Assembly: GCA_045430295.1 (NCBI GenBank)
Contig: JAILXX010000003.1
Span: 213,383 to 277,382, forward strand
Direction of reading: 5' to 3'
DNA from: Cellvibrionaceae bacterium
Lineage (GTDB): Bacteria; Pseudomonadota; Gammaproteobacteria; Pseudomonadales; JAILXX01
DNA length: 64,000 bases
Made by a program: the position numbers and the translations under genes. Below the pieces are notes generated by a model. That model had not been told where the DNA came from. It was given only the letters and a program-made list of their open reading frames with translations, and ran no database searches. Below are positions 1-7,519 of this stretch, one piece after another. The first letter of the stretch is position 1. Every line of letters begins with the position of its first letter.

Positions 1-348
1 TATGGGGATCAAGGACAACTTCGTATTCTTGTGCAAAATTTGCTGAGTAATGCTTGGAAGTATAGTGCTCATACGCCTTCTGCCAGAATAGATGTCACTA
101 AAAACCACTCTAATGATCATATGACCATTGAAGTGAGAGACAACGGCTGTGGCTTCGATATGGCCCAAGTCCACCGGCTATTTGGCTTGTTCAGTCGACT
201 TCATACCGATCAAGAATACGAAGGCTCAGGTATTGGCTTGGTTACCGTAAAGCGCATTGTCGAGCGCCATGGTGGAGAGATCTCAGTGGTGGCCGAAAAA
301 GATAAGGGCGCGGCTGTTACTCTCCGTTGGCCAGATAACGTCGCATAA
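1..348 (+). CDS. sensor histidine kinase, C-terminal HATPase_c domain (5' end lies outside the window)
   Basis: Frame 1 is open from base 1. It has the N-box LVQNLLSNAWKYS, G1 box DNGCGFD and G2 box GSGIGL. A receiver-domain gene starts 20 nt downstream. Confidence 0.85.
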   Translation, partial: YGDQGQLRILVQNLLSNAWKYSAHTPSARIDVTKNHSNDHMTIEVRDNGCGFDMAQVHRLFGLFSRLHTDQEYEGSGIGLVTVKRIVERHGGEISVVAEKDKGAAVTLRWPDNVA

Positions 349-368
349 TTTTTAAAGGGTTTAACGCG

Positions 369-740
369 ATGCGAGTACTCTTAGTTGAAGATAATGAAAT
401 GGACCTGATGCTGATTCGGCGGCAGCTGAAAAAGTACATCGAAGATCTAGAATTAATGAATGTGGCCAGTGTGAAAGGGCTAAAAAACCTGCTTCAGGAA
501 TCCTGGGATGTGATCATCAGTGATGCTCATCTCCCCGATGGCGAATTGCCGGATATTGCCCAAGCCGTTGCGGATTCAGGCAATGAAGCGCCTTTCATCA
601 TCTGTTCAGGCTCACTGTATTTAATTAACCCCGAAGAACTGGCGAAAACCCCTCATATTATTGTTGAAAAAGGTTCTTGGGCAGACCTAATGAATGCCTT
701 GATTGCTCTAGGGGCAAGTATAAAATCGTTGGATAATTAA
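369..740 (+). CDS. stand-alone response regulator receiver (CheY-like) protein
   Basis: The 123-aa ORF starts MRVLLVEDNEMD (acidic pocket) and has a phospho-acceptor-like VIISDAHLPDG. There is no output domain. Confidence 0.8.
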   Translation: MRVLLVEDNEMDLMLIRRQLKKYIEDLELMNVASVKGLKNLLQESWDVIISDAHLPDGELPDIAQAVADSGNEAPFIICSGSLYLINPEELAKTPHIIVEKGSWADLMNALIALGASIKSLDN

Positions 741-845
741 CCAATACGAGCAAGAAAACTAAGTATTGGAAAATACAGGATTTTTTTCACTAAAACCCTT
801 GACTCACCCCCGCCCCATCAAGATAATACGCGCCCACAACGCAAC

Positions 846-922
846 GCACTCGTAGCTCAGCTGGATAGAGTACTCGGCTACGAACCGAGCGGTCGAAGGT
901 TCGAATCCTTCCGAGTGCGCCA
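846..922 (+). tRNA. tRNA-Arg (anticodon ACG)
   Basis: Hand-folded 77-nt cloverleaf: acceptor GCACTCG/CGAGTGC, D-arm GCTC..GAGT, anticodon arm CTCGG-CTACGAA-CCGAG, T-arm GAAGG-TTCGAAT-CCTTC, discriminator G and encoded CCA. Confidence 0.95.
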
Positions 923-935
923 TACAAACAAAAAA

Positions 936-965
936 GCCCTGGTCCAAAAGACCAGGGCTTTTTTG
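936..965. terminator. bidirectional rho-independent terminator after tRNA-Arg
   Basis: Stem GCCCTGGTC (936-944) pairs with GACCAGGGC (950-958) around loop CAAAA. It is preceded by an A-run and followed by a T-run (959-965). Confidence 0.85.
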
Positions 966-1145
966 TTTGTGGCTTCTCGAAAGGATTTGAGGGTAAAGCG
1001 GTTCGACCGGTTGCGGCTGAGCAACCGGGACCGAGCGAAGCGAGCCCGAAGGGGCTTGGTTGGCGAATAGCCAAGCAAGAGTCCATCCTTCCGATCCCAC
1101 CCAAGGTTCAAAAGATCAGTTTTTGTCTATAGCCCCTAAAGGTTC

Positions 1146-1171
1146 AAAAAGACGCATCGAGTTATTGCGTC
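1146..1171 (-). terminator. minus-strand intrinsic terminator-like hairpin
   Basis: On the minus strand it reads GACGCA-ataactcga-TGCGTC followed by TTTTT. The plus-strand arms are 1151-1156 and 1166-1171, with the A-run at 1146-1150. There is no T-run on the plus strand. Confidence 0.45.
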
Positions 1172-1204
1172 AACTAATCCCTCCAATTCACACCCTACAA
1201 TCTT

Positions 1205-1222
1205 AAAAACGCCAAAGGGCGT
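1205..1222 (-). terminator. short minus-strand terminator-like hairpin
   Basis: On the minus strand it reads ACGCC-cttt-GGCGT followed by TTTT(T)AAG. The stem is only 5 bp, so this is weak. Confidence 0.3.
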
Positions 1223-1737
1223 AGATAGAAGCGACTTAATCCAAAGCCAAACCTCCCTCTACGTATCCCTCAACAGCCCCTTTCCCCACAAAACCACACC
1301 GACCATTTATTACCTGAAGTTATAGTCAGTACCAATTACTACCAATGTCGAGAATAACCACGGGTTAACACCAAAACCCAGTAAAAACACCCGTTTTCAA
1401 TGGTTTTAGAGGAAGTGTTTCCTAGTTTCCCAGTGACGTTTCCTGGGGTAACCGTTGGTTGCTTGACTAAAATTCGTCATTTTTACGTCAAATTAATCTC
1501 TAGTACTTGCGTCCCAAGGCCTGAAGATGATTATTCGCTCAGGTTATACTGAGTATTCTCCATGTTGATTGGGGTGTCAGGTTTCAATGTTGTTTGATAG
1601 GTCATCTCTTTATAGGTGGTGAAATTTTTATAGCGATTCCAGAGGGTCGCTGCCAGTCCTTAAGAGGCCATGGAGTAGATCGAATAGCGCAGGTTTAGCG
1701 ACGTATTAAAAGAATAACTTCGGAGCAATATAAGCCC

Positions 1738-4700
1738 ATGAATAAATTTGGTAAGTTTTTAACCGCTGGTGCACTGTGTGCCTCTGCGATGGTAGAAGCC
1801 TCAATGACAGGTTCTGGTGATGTGGTTAGCGGTACCTATAACGGTTCTCGTGATCGCCAGTATAAGGTGTATGTACCTCAGTCTTACGACGGTAGCACGC
1901 CTGTGCCTATGATTATGGCGGTACACGGTTGTGTAATGAATCATACGGATGCCCTGGATTTATGGAACTTTGACCTTATCGCAGACCAAAACAATGTGAT
2001 TGTGGTTTACCCCTATGTCACTAGCTTCACTGAAATGCGCAGCGACGATTGCTGGGGCTATTGGTTCGATAACCACATTACCCAAGGTGGTGGTGGTGAG
2101 GTTGATGACCTTCATGGCTTGGCTCAAATGATCGAAGGTCAGTACAACATCGATCCTTCTCGCCGTTATATCACCGGTATTTCTTCTGGTGGCGCTATGA
2201 CAGAAGCATCAGCCATTGCTTATAACGAATACTGGGCTGCGGCTGCTCCTGTAGCGGGCTTGCCTTACAACGACGAATCTTCTTCTGTGACTGCTGAGCA
2301 GTGGCAGACGCTACAGCACCACGTTACCTCTATTAATAACGAGTTGGACGACCCTCGCGCGGTTCCGACTTTTATCGTTCAATCCAGTAACGACACCACG
2401 GTTCTGCCTAAGGCGATGGAGTTGATTCGCGACTCTCACCTGACGGTTTGGGGTGACGACCTGACTGCCGACGCAAGCGAAAGCTGCACCGCTGAAGGTA
2501 TTAGCTGTACCCTAACCACTTACAATGGTCCAGACGGTAACCCGTTGGTTCAAACCCTGTTGTACAACGGTGTTCAGGCTAAGTCTGCTACCTACGGTGC
2601 TGGCCACTACTGGACGGGTGATGACGAAAACCAAGACAAGTGGGCGAAAGAGCAGGGTCCAAGTGCTTCTCAGCATATTTGGGCTTTCTTCGAGAATGTC
2701 ACAATGGATGGTTTCGAGGCTCCTGAGTGTGGTAACGACACTACAGCTCCTGGCGCGCCTTCTGGCTTAGCTGCCATGGATATCCATGACAAGTACGCCG
2801 AGCTAACCGTTAACCCTAACGGTGAACCAGATCTGAAAGGCTACAAGATCTACAAAACTGACGGTTCTGCGTTAACTAACTCTGCAGTGACCACAGAGAC
2901 CATTAACGTTTCTGGCTTGAATCCTGAAACTGAGTACAACGTATACGCCACTGCGGTTGACCAGTGTGGCAACGAGTCTCCTGCTTCTAGCAGCATCAGC
3001 TTCACCACAACGGCCCTTGAGTATGTAGCACCGACTTCTTCTGCTACTTGTACTGAGCACTACAATGCGGGCCGTTTGGACACTGATGGCTATCTGGCTT
3101 GTGGTAGTACCCATGGCTACGTAGACGATGTGACCTTGTGGCAGCGTGAAGACGGTACTTGGACTGACCAAGACCTGAACGGTGCTAACACTGGTGGTGG
3201 CACTGGCGGTGGAACAGGTGGCGGTACCGGCGGCGGCACCGGTGGCGGTTCTGGTACTACTACGCCAGGTAGCTGGACAACCAATTCAAATCTGGAAGGT
3301 ATGGAAGTTCATATCTATACCCCGAACTCTTCTACTAGCAACGGTAAGCGCGCTCTGATGATTACCCTGCACGGTTGTAGTCAGTCTAACGAAATCGTTC
3401 GTGACAATTGGGGTTGGGAAGACGAAGCTGACCAGTACGGTATGGTTGTAGCGGCACCCATGGCACCAAACGGTGGTGTGATTGCAGGTTGCTGGGACTA
3501 CTATGACTCTAACCACAGTCGTTCTAACCCAGGTCGTCACGACGACAACCTGATCGACTTGGCGCAAACCATGATCAACGACGCTAACCTGAATATTGAC
3601 CCTGACCAGGTATACGTATCCGGTCTGTCTTCCGGTGGTGGTCAAACCTTCGTAATGGGTTGTGTGGCACCTGAGATCTTTGCGGGTATCGGTATTAATG
3701 CAGGTCCAGCGGTGGGTACAACTTCTGGTCAAATTGGCTCTGTTGCGGCAACTGCTTCACAAGCTCGCTCTACTTGTACGGGCTTTGCAGATAATGGCAA
3801 TCAAGGTGCATTCGATACGCAAATCACCTCTGTTGTTCACGGTAACAGCGACTACACCGTAGCCCAGGGTTATGCAGATGTTGACGCAGAAGCGATGGCG
3901 CTGATTTACGGTGCAAACCAAGATAGCGGTACTAACAGCATTACGGGTGGCGGTGCTGAAACCACTTGGAGTGACGCAAATGGTACTCGTGTATCTAAGA
4001 TCATGGTGTCTGGCCTAGGTCACGCATGGCCTGGTGGTAACGACTCAACCGGTGGTTCTTATACGGATCACAACACCGTTGATTACCCTGCATTCCTGAC
4101 GGCTTTCTTCTTCGAAAATAACCGTCGTGCAGACTTCACCAACGATGACACCACTGCACCTGCAGTACCTGCTGGCCTGGCTGTAACAGCCACTAGCACT
4201 TCAACTATCAGTGTGAGCTGGAATGCGGTATCTGACGTAGACCTGTCTAACTACACTGTTTATGTTGATGGTTCTGCCTACGCATCTACTGCTAGTACTT
4301 CAACGGTGATCAACGGCTTGTCTGCGGCGACCACTTACAGCATTACCGTTTCTGCATCAGATGCTTCTGGTAATGAATCTATGCAATCTGTAGCGGTACA
4401 GGGCACTACCCAAGAAGCTAACGGTAGCGATACGGTTAAGCCAGTAATTACCTTGAGCGGTAGCGCGTCTATGACCCTGACAGAAGGTGATAGCTTCACT
4501 GATCCGGGTGCAACCGCTAACGATAATGTTGATGGCGATATCACCGCTCAGATCGTTGTATCGGGTTCGGTTAACACCAGTGCTGCTGGCACCTACACCT
4601 TGACCTACAACGTATCGGATGCGGCGGGTAACGCGGCGGATACAGTAACCCGTACCGTTGTAGTAGAAGCAGCGCCTGTACAGCAAGATTGCTCATCTGT

Positions 4701-4875
4701 AACAGCGTACAACTATTACCACAAGACTGGCGGTCGTGCGTACAGCACGGGTCTGGTGACTGCGCCGAACTACTATGCAAATGGTAGTAACGATGCAATG
4801 TTGGGTTCCACATGGGGTCTGACTACTCTGCATACCTTTGACGACAGCACCTGGTATGTAGGTACTTGCCCATAA
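1738..4875 (+). CDS. secreted multidomain esterase with two tandem PHB-depolymerase-family (LpqC-like) alpha/beta-hydrolase domains, FN3 and Ig-like modules
   Basis: The 1045-aa ORF has a signal peptide (MNKFGKFLTAGALCASAMVEA). Two catalytic modules each carry a GxSxG elbow (GISSGG and GLSSGG). There are two FN3-like modules starting DTTAPGAPSGL and DTTAPAVPAGL, and an Ig-like module (KPVITLSG...TVVV). Two Cys-bounded modules (TCTEHYNAGRL.. and CSSVTAYNYYHKTGGRAYS..GTCP) are also present. Confidence 0.8.
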   Translation: MNKFGKFLTAGALCASAMVEASMTGSGDVVSGTYNGSRDRQYKVYVPQSYDGSTPVPMIMAVHGCVMNHTDALDLWNFDLIADQNNVIVVYPYVTSFTEMRSDDCWGYWFDNHITQGGGGEVDDLHGLAQMIEGQYNIDPSRRYITGISSGGAMTEASAIAYNEYWAAAAPVAGLPYNDESSSVTAEQWQTLQHHVTSINNELDDPRAVPTFIVQSSNDTTVLPKAMELIRDSHLTVWGDDLTADASESCTAEGISCTLTTYNGPDGNPLVQTLLYNGVQAKSATYGAGHYWTGDDENQDKWAKEQGPSASQHIWAFFENVTMDGFEAPECGNDTTAPGAPSGLAAMDIHDKYAELTVNPNGEPDLKGYKIYKTDGSALTNSAVTTETINVSGLNPETEYNVYATAVDQCGNESPASSSISFTTTALEYVAPTSSATCTEHYNAGRLDTDGYLACGSTHGYVDDVTLWQREDGTWTDQDLNGANTGGGTGGGTGGGTGGGTGGGSGTTTPGSWTTNSNLEGMEVHIYTPNSSTSNGKRALMITLHGCSQSNEIVRDNWGWEDEADQYGMVVAAPMAPNGGVIAGCWDYYDSNHSRSNPGRHDDNLIDLAQTMINDANLNIDPDQVYVSGLSSGGGQTFVMGCVAPEIFAGIGINAGPAVGTTSGQIGSVAATASQARSTCTGFADNGNQGAFDTQITSVVHGNSDYTVAQGYADVDAEAMALIYGANQDSGTNSITGGGAETTWSDANGTRVSKIMVSGLGHAWPGGNDSTGGSYTDHNTVDYPAFLTAFFFENNRRADFTNDDTTAPAVPAGLAVTATSTSTISVSWNAVSDVDLSNYTVYVDGSAYASTASTSTVINGLSAATTYSITVSASDASGNESMQSVAVQGTTQEANGSDTVKPVITLSGSASMTLTEGDSFTDPGATANDNVDGDITAQIVVSGSVNTSAAGTYTLTYNVSDAAGNAADTVTRTVVVEAAPVQQDCSSVTAYNYYHKTGGRAYSTGLVTAPNYYANGSNDAMLGSTWGLTTLHTFDDSTWYVGTCP
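3190..3252 (+). repeat. in-frame (Gly-Gly-Gly-Thr)5 linker repeat inside the esterase gene
   Basis: The nucleotide run ACTGGTGGTGGCACTGGCGGTGGAACAGGTGGCGGTACCGGCGGCGGCACCGGTGGCGGT encodes TGGGTGGGTGGGTGGGTGGG between the two halves of the protein. Confidence 0.9.
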
Positions 4876-4933
4876 GGTACCCTGTATAGCAGGTATGATC
4901 TCCTGACCTACATTTGCTTGTAGGAACTTTAAA

Positions 4934-4964
4934 GCCCCTCAGTGAATACTGAGGGGCTTTTTTT
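4934..4964. terminator. rho-independent terminator between the convergent esterase and hydrolase genes
   Basis: GCCCCTCAG (4934-4942) pairs with CTGAGGGGC (4949-4957) around loop TGAATA. A T7 run follows and AAA precedes. Confidence 0.85.
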
Positions 4965-5068
4965 GTGGTAGAACACAGGTGAGTACTGTTAGAGGAAAGG
5001 ATTTACTGAGGATAGGTATTAACGGCGTTGTGTTGCAGGGAGGGGGCGGTAATGGGTGCGGAGAGCCT

Positions 5069-5926
5069 TTACAGGCTCCCTATAAACGCTTTGAGGTGTC
5101 GGTTGAAGGTTGCAGGATCTTCCATGTGAGGGCTGTGTCCGGTGTCTGCCATATTGATCAGTTTGCCATTCCCTAGGTTGTCAGCGTAGTACTGGCCAGT
5201 TTCTTCGTTATAGAGCTGACTCTTAGTACCGTGAATAATCATGGAAGGGCAAGTAATAGAGGGAAGGATTTTACGGAAATCTTGCTCACACATGGATTGC
5301 CAGATGGCCATGAGTGTTTTCGAGTCACACTCTTTCAAGCCATCAACAAACTCTGCTTTCAAAGCTTCGTTGGTACTGTCTTCTGCTAAAACGGCGAGGC
5401 CAAAGGTTTCCACATATTTCACCCAGTTCATTTTCATCATGGGTATCACCATGGCGTTGGTAGCCTTGGTGTAGTTTTGCTTTAGGCCCAGAGACCAGGT
5501 TTTATCAGTGATAATTTTCGGGGTCATATCCACGACTACAGCGCCTTTTACTTGCTCGATGCCGTAGATCTCGATGTACTTCATCATGACGTGAGCACCC
5601 ATAGACCAGCCCACAAGGATAAGGTTATCCAAATTTAGGTGCTGGCGAAGCTCCTCGATATCTTTGGCGAGGCGTTCCATGGAGGGTTTGTTGAATGTCT
5701 CTTTAACGTCTTCGGCAAGTTTGGCGCTCTGTCCGTGGCCTCGTTGATCGATGCAGATTACCCGATGAGTCTTGTTGATCTCTGGTTGGTTGTGCTTCCA
5801 AAAGCCACCATGGGCGCCCCAGCCATGTATAAAGATGATAGCTGTGCCGGGTACTGCTGTGTCCGAGCTTGGATTTGAGTCGCTGTAGGCAATGGGGTAT
5901 TGGTCAGTGGTGGTAAATTGCGCCAT
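5069..5926 (-). CDS. alpha/beta-fold hydrolase
   Basis: The 285-aa ORF has the oxyanion-region motif IIFIHGWGAHGGFW, the nucleophile elbow GWSMGA, and a C-terminal GHSPHMEDP His motif. Confidence 0.8.
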   Translation of the reverse strand: MAQFTTTDQYPIAYSDSNPSSDTAVPGTAIIFIHGWGAHGGFWKHNQPEINKTHRVICIDQRGHGQSAKLAEDVKETFNKPSMERLAKDIEELRQHLNLDNLILVGWSMGAHVMMKYIEIYGIEQVKGAVVVDMTPKIITDKTWSLGLKQNYTKATNAMVIPMMKMNWVKYVETFGLAVLAEDSTNEALKAEFVDGLKECDSKTLMAIWQSMCEQDFRKILPSITCPSMIIHGTKSQLYNEETGQYYADNLGNGKLINMADTGHSPHMEDPATFNRHLKAFIGSL

Positions 5927-6000
5927 AAGAAAAACTGCCTTATTTCCTTAATTGATTGAAATCTAAAGTTTTGGAGGATTTGAATAATTGAGTAAAAAGA

Positions 6001-6060
6001 TTGACAAGTAAACAGGCTGTCGATATTCTATACAAACATGAACGACTCGTCAGGTTTGTA
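6001..6060 (+). promoter_or_regulatory. sigma70-like promoter plus nested inverted repeat (probable TetR operator)
   Basis: TTGACA (6001-6006), a 17-nt spacer, then TATTCT (6024-6029). This is followed by TACAAAC (6031-6037)-N16-GTTTGTA (6054-6060) enclosing the palindrome ACGA-C-TCGT (6042-6050). The TetR ATG is at 6065. Confidence 0.45.
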
Positions 6061-6064
6061 AATT

Positions 6065-6667
6065 ATGTCGACACTTGAAGCGCCTTTAGTACCGAAAACA
6101 CCTCGTGGCCAGAGAACCCGCCAGAAGTTGCTAGATGCAGCAGAGGAGGAATTTGGCTTAAATGGATTTAACCAAACGTCAGTCAGCAATATCACCAAAA
6201 ACGCAGGCGTAGGTCAAGGTACTTTTTACCTCTACTTCAACAGTAAAGAAGAGATTCTTCGCGAGCTGGTAGACCAGTTAGGGACTAAGCTTCGTGAGGC
6301 TATTGCCGAGAAAATAGCCCATGAGGTGGATCAGGAAAGTATTGAGCGAGAAGGGCTGCGGGCGTTTTTAACCTTCGTGGCGGAACACTCTCGTTTCTAC
6401 CGGGTAATTTCCGAGTCTCAGTTTGTGGATGAGAAGATTTTTGAAGATTATTACATGGGTTTTGGAGCTGCCTACAAAAACCGCTTGGCAAAAGCTGAAC
6501 GACACGGCACCATTCGTCCTGGCGATTCTGAAGTCCGGGCTTGGGCGCTTATGGGTGTAGCGCAGTTTCTAGGTCAACGGTTTGTCGCTTGGGCGAAGCC
6601 CGGTGAAAGTATTGATCACGTGGTAGACGAGGCTATATCAATTCTGAAGCAGGGCTTTTTGGAGTAA
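6065..6667 (+). CDS. TetR/AcrR family transcriptional regulator
   Basis: The 200-aa ORF has an N-terminal HTH (FGLNGFNQTSVSNITKNAGVGQGTFYLYFNSKEEI) typical of the TetR family. Confidence 0.85.
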   Translation: MSTLEAPLVPKTPRGQRTRQKLLDAAEEEFGLNGFNQTSVSNITKNAGVGQGTFYLYFNSKEEILRELVDQLGTKLREAIAEKIAHEVDQESIEREGLRAFLTFVAEHSRFYRVISESQFVDEKIFEDYYMGFGAAYKNRLAKAERHGTIRPGDSEVRAWALMGVAQFLGQRFVAWAKPGESIDHVVDEAISILKQGFLE

Positions 6668-6690
6668 ATACCACCAGAAAGAGACCTTCC

Positions 6691-7455
6691 ATGGATAATC
6701 AAGATGTCTTGATTCAGCGTGATGGAACAATCGCAACCGTTAAATTAAACCGTGTAGGGCGTCACAACAGCCTGGTGCCATCTTTCCTGCAGGCATTGGT
6801 AGACGCCTTTTCAACCCTGGGTGCAGATGACTCCGTCTCGGTCATCAAACTCACCTCCGCCGCCAAATCCTTCTCCACTGGCGGTGATCTCCTCGCCTTT
6901 TATGAGCACCGTGAAAACCCCGAACCCTATGCTCAGGAAATCGTAGGTCTACTGAATCAAACCATCATTGCCATGATCGAGTGCCCTAAGCCTATTGTGG
7001 CTGTGGTTAATGGTCAGGTAACTGGTGGTTCCATGGGGCTGGTATTGGGCAGTGATATTGTCCTTGTGTCCGAGCGTGCCTCTTTTACCCCTTATTATGT
7101 TGAAGTGGGTTTTAGCCCCGACGGTGGCTGGTCCACTTTACTGAATGATGTCATTGGCTATCAGCGAGCTAAAGTCATCCAGTTATTGAATAAGGCCATT
7201 TCAGCAGATGATGCTTTGTCTTGGGGATTGGCCTTTGAAAAAATTTACAGTGCAGAGATCGATGCAGCATCTGCAGCACTTTGTGAATCACTCTCTTCGA
7301 AGAAAGGAAAAACCCTGGCCAGTACCAAGCGAATGGCTCGCTACCCTGATTATCAGCAGAGACTTGATGCTGAGTTGCAAGCATTTTGTCAACTGGTTGT
7401 TACTGAAGATGCTCAGCAGGGGCTGAAGGATTTTCTAGACGGCCTCAAGCAATAG
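6691..7455 (+). CDS. enoyl-CoA hydratase/isomerase (crotonase) family protein
   Basis: The 254-aa ORF shows the crotonase-fold signature FSTGGDL ... VAVVNGQVTGGSMGLVLGSDI. Confidence 0.8.
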   Translation: MDNQDVLIQRDGTIATVKLNRVGRHNSLVPSFLQALVDAFSTLGADDSVSVIKLTSAAKSFSTGGDLLAFYEHRENPEPYAQEIVGLLNQTIIAMIECPKPIVAVVNGQVTGGSMGLVLGSDIVLVSERASFTPYYVEVGFSPDGGWSTLLNDVIGYQRAKVIQLLNKAISADDALSWGLAFEKIYSAEIDAASAALCESLSSKKGKTLASTKRMARYPDYQQRLDAELQAFCQLVVTEDAQQGLKDFLDGLKQ

Positions 7456-7519
7456 GCAGTTCTAATTCTCGTTTTACCTCTTTATTCATTCATTATTTTA
7501 GAAACAGAAGGAAGTCGTT

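Noticed and set aside
790-1111. Three overlapping minus-strand ORFs (104, 98 and 77 aa) from the track
   Set aside because: They run antisense through tRNA-Arg, its terminator and the GC-rich hairpin element. They overlap one another in different frames and have low-complexity Gly/Pro/Arg-rich translations. They are artefacts of stop-poor sequence.
846-1737. Genomic island or prophage integrated at tRNA-Arg
   Set aside because: No integrase, transposase or phage gene follows the tRNA. Only a 10-nt match to the tRNA 3' half lies 163 nt downstream, and the next gene is an ordinary secreted esterase.
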